Source: a virus
Lineage: Duplodnaviria; Heunggongvirae; Uroviricota; Caudoviricetes
DNA: 64,000 bases
Reading direction: 5' to 3' (one strand)
Virus record (IMG/VR): IMGVR_UViG_3300037512_000782
Coordinates: 124,732 to 188,731 of that record
Part shown: positions 32,577 through 40,422 of the stretch, one piece after another
Layout of the letters: each line of letters starts with the position of its first letter
How positions within the stretch are numbered: position 1 is the first letter of the stretch
Notes under the pieces: model-generated
Seen by the model: the letters and a program-made list of their open reading frames with translations, nothing else
What the model was told of the DNA's origin: nothing
Databases searched by the model: none
Translations under genes and position numbers: made by a program

Positions 32577-33212
32577 TTAGACGATACCGAGGTTGTACAC
32601 GGTATTGACCTTCTGTCCGTGCATGTACTTCACCTTCTCGCCCTTCTTGGGATGGATGAAGGCGTTGATGACGGCTGCGCGGATGTGAAGGTGCTTGTGC
32701 TTTCCGTTCTCGGTCTGCGGGTCGACGATTTCACGACCGTAGCAGTCGATGTACGTGGAGAGCACCCTGCCGTTGCGACCGATCACGCGACCGAAGTTGC
32801 TGATCTTGTAGGTCGGATGAGCCTTGACGGCCTTCCACTCTTCGCCGATTTCCTTTCGTAACACCTTGTCGATGAGGGATTCCGGCTTTGCGAGAACCTT
32901 CGACATGCGGCGAAGCTTCTTCGCGTAGTCGGGGCACCCAGGGACGGCATTGTAGTCTTCGGCGAGAAGTTCGATGCCAGTAATGATCTTGTTGGTAAGT
33001 TGAACGAGTTCCATGTTGTCTTTCCTTGTTATGGGTTTAGTTTTCAGTTCGTCCATTCGGTGATGAATTTCTGCTTCGATGTCCAGTCCATGATACTGAC
33101 ATTGTTCTGCTAGTGTATCTACGCCGCTTAGTAGAGCTGGTTCCAGATATGCGCTATCGCTCTTGGCTAATATGGCATGGATAAAATCTTTGATTTTGTC
33201 AACAAGTTCCAT
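32577..33212 (-). CDS. NUMOD4-domain protein with degenerate HNH
   Basis: EEWKAVKAHPTYKISNFGRV is NUMOD4; HNH residues eroded (HIRAAV...VKYMHGQKVNTVYNL). Confidence 0.65.
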   Translation of the reverse strand: MELVDKIKDFIHAILAKSDSAYLEPALLSGVDTLAEQCQYHGLDIEAEIHHRMDELKTKPITRKDNMELVQLTNKIITGIELLAEDYNAVPGCPDYAKKLRRMSKVLAKPESLIDKVLRKEIGEEWKAVKAHPTYKISNFGRVIGRNGRVLSTYIDCYGREIVDPQTENGKHKHLHIRAAVINAFIHPKKGEKVKYMHGQKVNTVYNLGIV

Positions 33213-33280
33213 AAATTTGACATTGTAACGTATTTGATGTAATTTTAGCAATAAACAATTTGAATTGCAAACTGGCCATT

Positions 33281-34123
33281 ATGCACGAATTTTTCAAGAA
33301 AATCGACGTTTTTAGCAATATATCATTTGACGAAGAGTGGCACAGCTATAAGTTGAATGGCAAGAGAACGGTGTCTGTTACAAAAGTGACCGGGGCCGTA
33401 AAGGAACCGTTCGACGCGGTCAAGAAGTCCAAGGAATGTGTCGAGCGAATGCGGCGCGAGGCCGAGGAGGCTGGGCAGCCCATTCCGACAATCACGCCAG
33501 AGGAACTGCAAGACCAATGGGCTCGCACGAACTTAATAGCTCGCGCAAAGGGCTCCGCCGTACACAAGTACATCGAAATGACCATCGCGAACAAGGTGCA
33601 GCGTTATCCGAAGGATATCGTCGATGCGGAGTTCGCAAAGGATCTCGAAAAGAATCCGAAGATGACTTTCGATACCGACCCGGTGCTTCCTTTGTACAAG
33701 AAGATCACGCCGATGGTAGACCAGTTCCTCGCCGACATCCGTGGCAAGATGTATCCGGTTCGTTCCGAACTCGTCATCGGAAGCCCACGCTACAACGTGT
33801 GCGGAATGATCGACCAGATCTTCTACAACAACAAGTCCCAAGCATTTGAAATATGGGACTGGAAGACCAATACGAAATTCGACACTACGTCAAAGTTCCA
33901 TCTTGAGGATCCGTGCAGTCATCTGGAGGCATGCAAGCTAGTCGAGTATTCTCTGCAGCTCCACTGCTACAAGCGTATCTTCGAGGAAGAGACCGGGATC
34001 GAAATCAAGAACTGCTATCTCTGCTGGTTCAGTGAGGCGCAGCCGACGTACAAGGTAATGAAGTGCGTGGACGTGTCCAAGGAAGCGCAGACACTTTTGG
34101 AAAGGGCCGTGGAAAATGCCTAA
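33281..34123 (+). CDS. PD-(D/E)XK exonuclease (Cas4/RecB-like phage nuclease)
   Basis: FDEEWHSY, VSVTKV, KGSAVHKYIE, SELVI, CGMIDQI, IWDWKT, YSLQLHCY motifs. Confidence 0.8.
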   Translation: MHEFFKKIDVFSNISFDEEWHSYKLNGKRTVSVTKVTGAVKEPFDAVKKSKECVERMRREAEEAGQPIPTITPEELQDQWARTNLIARAKGSAVHKYIEMTIANKVQRYPKDIVDAEFAKDLEKNPKMTFDTDPVLPLYKKITPMVDQFLADIRGKMYPVRSELVIGSPRYNVCGMIDQIFYNNKSQAFEIWDWKTNTKFDTTSKFHLEDPCSHLEACKLVEYSLQLHCYKRIFEEETGIEIKNCYLCWFSEAQPTYKVMKCVDVSKEAQTLLERAVENA

Positions 34124-34415
34124 CGAGATCGAAGCTATCATCAAGTCGTTCACTCCGGAACAACAGAAGCTGTATGACAGCATGATGGCCGACGAGAAGA
34201 AACTTCTCGCCGACTGGATCGGCAGCCGCAACATGTACAACGAGGCGATGAAGGTCATCAACGACAAGGAGATCGGGCCTCGCGTAAGGTTGTACTTGAA
34301 GGGCATTTCGTCCTACTGGTCTGGCCGAAAGAAACTCATGGAGACCTTGCTGATTTCCATGGGCAAGGAAGAACTATTGAACAAGTGGATCGCGGATGTC
34401 CAGAAGTCGAAGTGA
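34116..34415 (+). CDS. Hypothetical protein
   Basis: Overlapping in-operon ORF. Confidence 0.55.
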   Translation: MPNEIEAIIKSFTPEQQKLYDSMMADEKKLLADWIGSRNMYNEAMKVINDKEIGPRVRLYLKGISSYWSGRKKLMETLLISMGKEELLNKWIADVQKSK

Positions 34416-34836
34416 ACCGCCGAAACTGTTTGATGCGACTGTATTCATTATCGGAAAGAAGCTTCCTTCTGGAAACATCTATCCGCAGTCGCTTGCGGAC
34501 AAGATAATTCTCGATGTTGCTACTGGCGAGAAGAAGTACACCATCGAGGAAGTGGCCCCGGCTGACCGTGACCGTAACGGAATCAAACCTTACGAGTCGT
34601 GGAAGCAGAGAGCCATGGCGGTGTGCGTCGATGCGCACATGGACGGATGCAAGCTCGTCATGACGTTCCAGATTTACAAGACGAAGTATGGCAAGAACCT
34701 CGATCTCATGCTGCAGAACAATCCTCCGGGAAGCATCGAGTTCTACCCAGTCGGAACTGGAGTCACTGACAAGGACGGAGTCGTGACGCAGTACAATCTC
34801 GCCTATGTCACGATGGATATAAAACCTAGAGGTTAA
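34396..34836 (+). CDS. Prohead-protease (T4 gp21-like) fold protein, apparently inactive
   Basis: SGNIYP...EEVAP...KLVMTFQIYKTKYGKNL...EFYPVGTG aligns by eye with NGRIYP...ELDHP...LMGKAEILDTPMGKIL...GVSSRGMG, but His and Ser are missing. Confidence 0.45.
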   Translation: MSRSRSEPPKLFDATVFIIGKKLPSGNIYPQSLADKIILDVATGEKKYTIEEVAPADRDRNGIKPYESWKQRAMAVCVDAHMDGCKLVMTFQIYKTKYGKNLDLMLQNNPPGSIEFYPVGTGVTDKDGVVTQYNLAYVTMDIKPRG

Positions 34837-34838
34837 CG

Positions 34839-35810
34839 ATGATTCGCGCTATTGTTGCACTTAATGCTGACGGATATGTTATACGGAAGAGCCTTATCGA
34901 TCTTCCGGCAGACCTTATGGAATGTGAGGACATGCAGTGGCTCCTCAGTGATTCTCTTATCATGGCGACGATGGACGTTGTCAAGAAATACTTGCCGGAG
35001 CATATCGCCATGGTGAGCCGCAAGAGCCTTCTCGCTGAACATCCGAAGGCGCTCGCGTCGATGGCAGCAAACATCGAGAACCAAGGCGTAGGCAATATTT
35101 CCGTGCTCGCAAACGAGGCAATCCTCGACGAGATGGACGCCATCGGAATGTCCTATGAACTGGCAGTTATCTATCCAGAAGGAACTCAAGTGCCGACGTC
35201 GCTGATTACTGGAAAGAAGCTGTTTGACTCTCGGCACTTCGACCGATATGACATGGATCGATACCAGCAGTCCGTCACTGAAGCAACCGATACGCAGATT
35301 GCCGACTACATCAACGGCATGGAGACGTATTTCAACATGGTCGACAACATGGACAAGCGAGACCAAGATGCCGTGGACAAGATTGTCAAGGGCGTCAAGA
35401 TGCTTAACCGTGCGCTGCAGAAGGAATCTACCGACAGCAATTTTATGGGCGGGTCTGATGACTCTATCAGCGGTGTCGACGAAATCGACACGGATGACGA
35501 GTTTGAACGTGTGTGGGACGCCATGAAGATGATGGGCGAACAGATGAGCGAGACTACCGACCTTGTCCTTGCCACGCAAGACACTCTGGGCGAAGTAATG
35601 CAGTTTGTCAAGCACAATCCGGTTCCTCGAAGCCTTGTCGATCGCATCAACATGATTAACGGCGAAGTCGACGGCCTTCGGCATCAGTTCGGCGAACACA
35701 TCGCGGAATCGATCGCGGAGAAGAAACCTCGTCGCGATCCGCTTATTTGGGTCATTCTGGGCATTTCGATACTAGCGTTGGTCGGAACACTGATAAACTT
35801 GTGTCTATAG
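34839..35810 (+). CDS. Hypothetical protein with C-terminal transmembrane helix
   Basis: C-terminal LIWVILGISILALVGTLINLCL. Confidence 0.6.
   Translation: MIRAIVALNADGYVIRKSLIDLPADLMECEDMQWLLSDSLIMATMDVVKKYLPEHIAMVSRKSLLAEHPKALASMAANIENQGVGNISVLANEAILDEMDAIGMSYELAVIYPEGTQVPTSLITGKKLFDSRHFDRYDMDRYQQSVTEATDTQIADYINGMETYFNMVDNMDKRDQDAVDKIVKGVKMLNRALQKESTDSNFMGGSDDSISGVDEIDTDDEFERVWDAMKMMGEQMSETTDLVLATQDTLGEVMQFVKHNPVPRSLVDRINMINGEVDGLRHQFGEHIAESIAEKKPRRDPLIWVILGISILALVGTLINLCL
35791..35799 (+). promoter_or_regulatory. Putative late promoter TGATAAACT
   Basis: Upstream of ATG 35828. Confidence 0.55.
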
Positions 35811-35827
35811 ACTCAAGTGGTAGTGAC

Positions 35828-36175
35828 ATGACCGAAAACCAAATGAATTTCTGCAAGGGCGTGGCAAAGCTTTGCGAAGCTGCCGAGTCGCCGGAACTAT
35901 TCAAACCCATCATCAAGCTCTGGGCCCTCTACGAGGATGCGCAGACCGCGCAGACTGACGAGAACGGTCAGCTGGTTCCCGGTAACGTTGGCAACATGTC
36001 CTCTGGCGAAGCCGAGAAGGTTGCCGCCGAAGTCACCAAGTACGCACAAGCGAAGAAGACCGAAGAACAGGCCGCCGAAGAAGCCAAGAACGCCGAAGAC
36101 ACTGTCGCAGTCGAAGTGAACAACGCGACTACCGACGACGAAAACAAAGCAGCCGCTGGCGAAGTCAATGGATAA
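35828..36175 (+). CDS. Hypothetical late protein (possible head-internal protein)
   Basis: Late motif at 35791; Ala/Glu-rich. Confidence 0.55.
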   Translation: MTENQMNFCKGVAKLCEAAESPELFKPIIKLWALYEDAQTAQTDENGQLVPGNVGNMSSGEAEKVAAEVTKYAQAKKTEEQAAEEAKNAEDTVAVEVNNATTDDENKAAAGEVNG

Positions 36176-36722
36176 GTTCGAGACATTCCTTGAGGCAGTC
36201 AAGGACGCCGATCCGGCGTTTGAGCAAGTAGGGCATCTGTATTCCCAGTTGCGCCACGGAGACTTGTACAAGCCTCTTGTAATGCCGAGTTCAGTACGTT
36301 CAGTCACCGTCGATCCGAGAAGCGGACTTTCGAACAAGATAGTCACGCCGGGCATTGACGGTATGGGCGCACCGACAAGCCAGCCCACGAGCAACTGTAC
36401 GTCGAGCAACGGCAGCACGAAGAGCAACACGCTCACCGAGCCTATGCCGAAGACGGACGAGAAGGCGTTGAAGCCGCAGCAGATCAAGACCGAGCCCAGT
36501 CAGCAGATTAAGGACTTGATGAAGAACTCTCCGGCCAATCTCGTCAATCCTATCGAACTCACGAAGACCTATTCCGAACAAGTTCCAGTATGTGGTTACA
36601 GCGTAAAGACTGGATCCACTGGTCTGACCGGAAGCTACCAGCCGGGATGCGACGCTGGATATAGCGCTGGAGGCGGTGGCGGAGGCGGCGGTGCCGCAGC
36701 GTCCGGAGGCGGAAACGGATAA
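36168..36722 (+). CDS. Hypothetical protein with Gly-rich tail
   Basis: Overlaps the previous stop; ends AGGGGGGGAAASGGGNG. Confidence 0.55.
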   Translation: MDKFETFLEAVKDADPAFEQVGHLYSQLRHGDLYKPLVMPSSVRSVTVDPRSGLSNKIVTPGIDGMGAPTSQPTSNCTSSNGSTKSNTLTEPMPKTDEKALKPQQIKTEPSQQIKDLMKNSPANLVNPIELTKTYSEQVPVCGYSVKTGSTGLTGSYQPGCDAGYSAGGGGGGGGAAASGGGNG

Positions 36723-36771
36723 TTTTAAACAAATGCCTAGACAACTAGGCATTTTTTATTATATTTGGCCC

Positions 36772-36972
36772 ATGATTAAAAGAAAATTCAAAGTAAATCG
36801 TAAAGAACCAGCAAAGCGCATCGATCAGATGAATAAGGCCGAACTCACAAAACTCCGCGACTACGCGACTTTCATGTCGAACGCCGCTGGGTATGCGGAC
36901 GACGGCGGCCAGCAAAATTGGTGGATATCCGTCGAGAACGAATGCGACTCGCTTATCAAGAGCCTTCCGTAA
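36772..36972 (+). CDS. Small hypothetical protein
   Basis: ATG after an AT-rich promoter-like region; followed by a terminator at about 36960-36985. Confidence 0.5.
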   Translation: MIKRKFKVNRKEPAKRIDQMNKAELTKLRDYATFMSNAAGYADDGGQQNWWISVENECDSLIKSLP

Positions 36973-36992
36973 GGAAGGCTTTTTTGATGTCT

Positions 36993-37001
36993 TGATAAAC
37001 T
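36993..37001 (+). promoter_or_regulatory. Putative late promoter TGATAAACT
   Basis: After a terminator, upstream of ATG 37030. Confidence 0.6.
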
Positions 37002-37029
37002 ACCATTAAACTACCAAAACGGTTTTATC

Positions 37030-38076
37030 ATGACTAATTTTGAATATCTTGTCAAGGACGTCGGAATGTCCAAGGCCCAGCTAGAAGGCATCATGAAGCT
37101 TGCCGACGTGTGCGGATTCAAGCCGATGTTCGAAGCTGACGAAGTGATGGATTTTGACGATTTCGATATTGGCGAATTTGAAGACCACATTGACGCCGCA
37201 CACGCACAAGCGGAAGAAGACAAACGCCAGCGCTACGATTCTGTAAAAGGCAAGAGCATTGCCCAGATTCTCAGGGAAAATCCAGTCGAAGATGATACCG
37301 GAAGCGCTGGTGATGATGATTTAGGCACTACCGAAGAAGCGAAGAAGAAGCTGCGTAGGATCAACACGAAGAAGCACGAAGATACTGGCGATGACATGAT
37401 TGCTCCAGTTGACTTTGCCGTCAATAACGACAACAACTTCGGCATTGCATACGGTAACGAAGATTATGATGACATGGACTCTCTGCAGACTCGTGAATGG
37501 ACGATGGATGATGTGAATACGTTCGACACGATGAAGAACCAAGAAGAGGTTGACCAAGCCAACCGCGAAATGACCGATCCTACGTCAGTTATGAACGAAG
37601 AACAGAAGCTGGTAGTTCGCATTATCAAGAAGCTCGGTGGCGTTGCGAAGGAAGTTCCGGGTAATCTGAAGGAGCTGATGGTGGACGTTGCTGAAGCCAC
37701 TAGGAATGCTGAAGAAACCACTGATGCCGATGATTCAAACATTACGTATGGTAATGAAGTTGGCGACCAGAATGAGGTTGGTGATACAGACGAAGTAATC
37801 GACCAAGTCGAAGAACTTTGCAAGCGTGTACGCGCATCCGTCGCTTCTATGCCGGAATCTCAGGCGACATCGACGATTAACTCGATCAAGACGATGATTG
37901 CCGAGCTCACAAAGAAATATGTAAGCAATCCGTTCAATCGTACCCTCGAAAACTTCTTGTCGGATATTTCTTTGACTACTGCATCGCCGTCGAGCTATCG
38001 AGGAGGCGTCGCCGCTAGCAAGGATCGCATCAAGCAGATGGCAAATGCGGCATTGAAGCGTGTCAAGGGACTATAA
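37030..38076 (+). CDS. Acidic hypothetical late protein (possible head-internal/scaffold)
   Basis: Late motif at 36993; very Asp/Glu-rich. Confidence 0.6.
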   Translation: MTNFEYLVKDVGMSKAQLEGIMKLADVCGFKPMFEADEVMDFDDFDIGEFEDHIDAAHAQAEEDKRQRYDSVKGKSIAQILRENPVEDDTGSAGDDDLGTTEEAKKKLRRINTKKHEDTGDDMIAPVDFAVNNDNNFGIAYGNEDYDDMDSLQTREWTMDDVNTFDTMKNQEEVDQANREMTDPTSVMNEEQKLVVRIIKKLGGVAKEVPGNLKELMVDVAEATRNAEETTDADDSNITYGNEVGDQNEVGDTDEVIDQVEELCKRVRASVASMPESQATSTINSIKTMIAELTKKYVSNPFNRTLENFLSDISLTTASPSSYRGGVAASKDRIKQMANAALKRVKGL

Positions 38077-38139
38077 ACGAAGAAAAATAGGGTTTTTTGT
38101 AAATTTTTGTTAATATTTGATAAAAATCGCAAAAAACCC

Positions 38140-38168
38140 TTGACGATCGAAAAAATAATTGCTAAACT
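38140..38168 (+). promoter_or_regulatory. Sigma70-like promoter of the tRNA array leader
   Basis: TTGACG-17 nt-TAAACT with an AT-rich UP element. Confidence 0.7.
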
Positions 38169-38191
38169 TGAATGCAAAGAGGTTAAAAACC

Positions 38192-38311
38192 ATGCAAATG
38201 ATGCTACATAACATTAAACTCGTTGAACGCAATAGTCAGTTGGCACCCAAGGCCGACCGCCTCTTTGCAGCATATACGGGTTGCGGTTATGGGCAAAAGT
38301 TGCACCGATGA
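38192..38311 (+). CDS. Putative leader peptide (39 aa) of the tRNA array attenuator
   Basis: AGAGG SD; MQMMLHNIKLVERNSQLAPKADRLFAAYTGCGYGQKLHR*; lies between promoter and terminator. Confidence 0.55.
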   Translation: MQMMLHNIKLVERNSQLAPKADRLFAAYTGCGYGQKLHR

Positions 38312-38340
38312 TTTCCTTTGAAGGTTGATGTTTGATGGGA

Positions 38341-38372
38341 ACCCGGTTGCAACAAAAGCAACTGGGTTTTTT
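38341..38372 (+). terminator. Attenuator-type intrinsic terminator upstream of the first tRNA
   Basis: ACCCGGTTGC-AACAAAA-GCAACTGGGT plus TTTTT. Confidence 0.8.
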
Positions 38373-38390
38373 CATTCACCAATAACATTT

Positions 38391-38464
38391 GGGTCTGTGG
38401 CAGAATGGGATTGCACCTCCCTTGCAAGGAGTGTTCTTACGGGTTCGAATCCCGTCAGTATCCA
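38391..38464 (+). tRNA. tRNA-Ala(UGC)
   Basis: Loop CT-TGC-AA; G3:U70; 1-nt bulge in acceptor stem. Confidence 0.85.
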
Positions 38465-38520
38465 GTAAACATAAGTCCGAGAGACTTATGAGCAGTTTGA
38501 CAGTTCGGATGATTTTGTAT

Positions 38521-38593
38521 GGGGCATTAGCGCAATGGTAGAGCGCTTCCATGGCATGGAAGAGGTTTATCGGTTCGAGTCCGATATGCTCCA
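38521..38593 (+). tRNA. tRNA-Ala(GGC)
   Basis: CTTCC-AT-GGC-AT-GGAAG; G3:U70. Confidence 0.9.
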
Positions 38594-38601
38594 GTAATTA
38601 A

Positions 38602-38673
38602 GGGTCATTAGTTCAATGGTAGAATTCTGGCTCCGCACGTCAGCGATATCGGTTCGAGTCCGATATTGATCCA
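38602..38673 (+). tRNA. tRNA-Ala(CGC)
   Basis: CTGGC-TC-CGC-AC-GTCAG; G3:U70; C33; acceptor bulge. Confidence 0.8.
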
Positions 38674-38706
38674 TTATAAAATGGATAGTCTGCACTATCG
38701 AACCCA

Positions 38707-38715
38707 TGATAAACT
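38707..38715 (+). promoter_or_regulatory. Putative late promoter TGATAAACT
   Basis: Upstream of the HNH gene. Confidence 0.55.
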
Positions 38716-38744
38716 TTGAAATAGCGTAACAATATGTGGTATGT

Positions 38745-39533
38745 ATGTTTGTTAGTGAAAAACGAATCGCGGCGAATCGACGTAATATAGAATTAGGTCG
38801 AGCAAAATCGCACGAAACTTGGCATCGAATTAAGGAACGTAACCAATCATTAGTCGAATGTACGGCGGTATGTGAACATTGTCATAAAGAATTTCACAAA
38901 ATGATTAAGCAAATCGACCTCGATAAAAATCGTTTGCCAAGATTTTGTTCACGAAGCTGTGCGAATTCGAGGGTTAGAACAACGGAGTTGAAACAACATT
39001 TACACGAGACAATGAAGAATCAAAAATATGTGGATGGCGAAAAGTCTCCCATAATACGTTATTGCAAGGGTTGTGGCTGTATTATGCCGCTGGCTGTAAA
39101 AACGCATCGACGATATTGTTCTGACGAATGCCGAATATCGTTTAAAATTCGTGAGAAGAATACTAACGCGAAATGTACTAAGCGGAAATATAAAGAAGCT
39201 TGCCGATTCATGTTTGATGTGTATGATTATCCAAATGAATTTGATTTATTACTCATTCAACAGTATGGTTGGTATAGTGCTACTAATTATGACGACAATC
39301 CGAATGGGGTATCACGCGATCACATGTATAGCGTAAGTGCTGGTTACAAGAACAATATACCAGCAACAATTATTGCGCATCCAGCAAATTGTCGGTTGCT
39401 GTTGCAATCTGATAACTTCAAAAAGTTGGATGATTGCTCAATTACGCTAGATGAATTGTACGATCGAATACGAACATGGGAACTGAAATATGGTAAATAC
39501 CAGCCTAGTACATGGAATGTGAATAAACACTAA
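38745..39533 (+). CDS. Putative HNH-type homing endonuclease with Zn-finger repeats
   Basis: CEHC, FCSRSC, CKGC, YCSDEC; SRDHMYSV...HPANCRLL...DNFKK; AT-rich relative to flanks; inserted in the tRNA array. Confidence 0.7.
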   Translation: MFVSEKRIAANRRNIELGRAKSHETWHRIKERNQSLVECTAVCEHCHKEFHKMIKQIDLDKNRLPRFCSRSCANSRVRTTELKQHLHETMKNQKYVDGEKSPIIRYCKGCGCIMPLAVKTHRRYCSDECRISFKIREKNTNAKCTKRKYKEACRFMFDVYDYPNEFDLLLIQQYGWYSATNYDDNPNGVSRDHMYSVSAGYKNNIPATIIAHPANCRLLLQSDNFKKLDDCSITLDELYDRIRTWELKYGKYQPSTWNVNKH

Positions 39534-39543
39534 ATAATTATAT

Positions 39544-39620
39544 GGTCACTTAGCTCAGCTGGATTTTAGAGCGCCGTGCTACGAACGCGGAGGTCGGGAG
39601 TTCGATCCTCTCAGTGACTA
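39544..39620 (+). tRNA. tRNA-Arg(ACG)
   Basis: CCGTG-CT-ACG-AA-CGCGG. Confidence 0.9.
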
Positions 39621-39629
39621 CTAAAATAT

Positions 39630-39702
39630 GGTCCCGTCGACCAGCGGTTTAAGTCATCGCACTTTCTATGCGATTACCCCGGTTCGAATCCGGGCGGGAC
39701 TA
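39630..39702 (+). tRNA. tRNA-Glu(UUC)
   Basis: TCGCA-CT-TTC-TA-TGCGA; atypical U37. Confidence 0.85.
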
Positions 39703-39711
39703 CTAATTTAT

Positions 39712-39785
39712 CCTCATCTGGCGCAATTGGTTAGCGCTTCGCTCTGATACGGCGGAGGTTCTTGGTTCGAGTCCAAGGGTGAGGA
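39712..39785 (+). tRNA. tRNA-Ile(GAU)
   Basis: TCGCT-CT-GAT-AC-GGCGG. Confidence 0.85.
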
Positions 39786-39792
39786 CTAACTT

Positions 39793-39878
39793 TGATTGAT
39801 CGTGGGTCTCAATGTTCCCGACGGCGATGGAGCAGTCCATGTGGAAGGTTAATCTCCTTCGTGATTCTTGATCAGTCA
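39793..39878 (+). ncRNA. Unassigned four-way-junction RNA
   Basis: Terminal stem TGATTGATC/GATCAGTCA enclosing three hairpins; lies between two tRNAs. Confidence 0.4.
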
Positions 39879-39882
39879 TTAT

Positions 39883-39955
39883 GCCGCTGTAGCTCAGTAG
39901 GTAGAGCGGAAGCCTGAAGAGCTTCGCGTCGGAGGTTCGATTCCTCCCGGCGGCA
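39883..39955 (+). tRNA. tRNA-Phe(GAA)
   Basis: GAAGC-CT-GAA-GA-GCTTC. Confidence 0.95.
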
Positions 39956-39968
39956 CTAATAAATTTAT

Positions 39969-40171
39969 GGGTACTCTGCTGCAGAAATGCCGAGTAGGAG
40001 AAAGTCGACAGAAAGCTCTGGGATAGTGATCTAACCAGTCACGACATTCCTTGAACAAGTATAGAGACCTAACGAAAGCTTAAATGGAGATGCAGATGTG
40101 AGCTGGTAACTCACATGGTCTGGATGTCTAAATCCGACGACCTAGCTCTGGTTCGAATCCAGGAGGGCCCA
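39969..40171 (+). ncRNA. 203-nt RNA with tRNA-like acceptor stem and T-arm
   Basis: GGGTACT/AGGGCCC-A-CTA acceptor, TCTGG-TTCGAAT-CCAGG T-arm, large structured insert. Confidence 0.6.
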
Positions 40172-40175
40172 CTAT

Positions 40176-40248
40176 ACCTCACTGGCTCAATTGGTAGAGC
40201 AAGGCACTCTTAATGCTTGGGTTGAAGGTTCAAGTCCTTCGTGGGGTA
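40176..40248 (+). tRNA. tRNA-Lys(CUU)
   Basis: AGGCA-CT-CTT-AA-TGCTT. Confidence 0.9.
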
Positions 40249-40342
40249 CTAAACGCACTAATCCGTCTGCGATAGAAATGACGGAGAGACCTTCGGCAGT
40301 TAACACGGGAAAGTCCCTTCGGGGTCAAGCTGCCATCTTTAT

Positions 40343-40415
40343 TGCGGTATAGCTCAGTTGGTAGAGCAGCGGAATCATAATCCGTGTGTCGAAGGTTCAA
40401 GTCCTTCTACCGCAA
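40343..40415 (+). tRNA. tRNA-Met(CAU), probably elongator
   Basis: GCGGA-AT-CAT-AA-TCCGT. Confidence 0.85.
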
Positions 40416-40422
40416 CTATTAT

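Noticed and set aside
33281-34123. Cas4 as evidence of a phage CRISPR-Cas system
   Set aside because: No array or other cas gene; the four-cysteine Fe-S pattern of Cas4 is not evident; this is a common stand-alone phage exonuclease
36660-36720. GGC/GGA trinucleotide run as a regulatory microsatellite
   Set aside because: In-frame poly-Gly tail of the 36168 ORF; degenerate codons indicate protein-level selection
39969-40171. Calling this RNA a tmRNA or an amber-suppressor tRNA with a group I intron
   Set aside because: No G3:U70, no GAC D-loop context or tag frame ending in AA-stop; no 5' exon giving a valid D-arm and anticodon stem; left as unassigned
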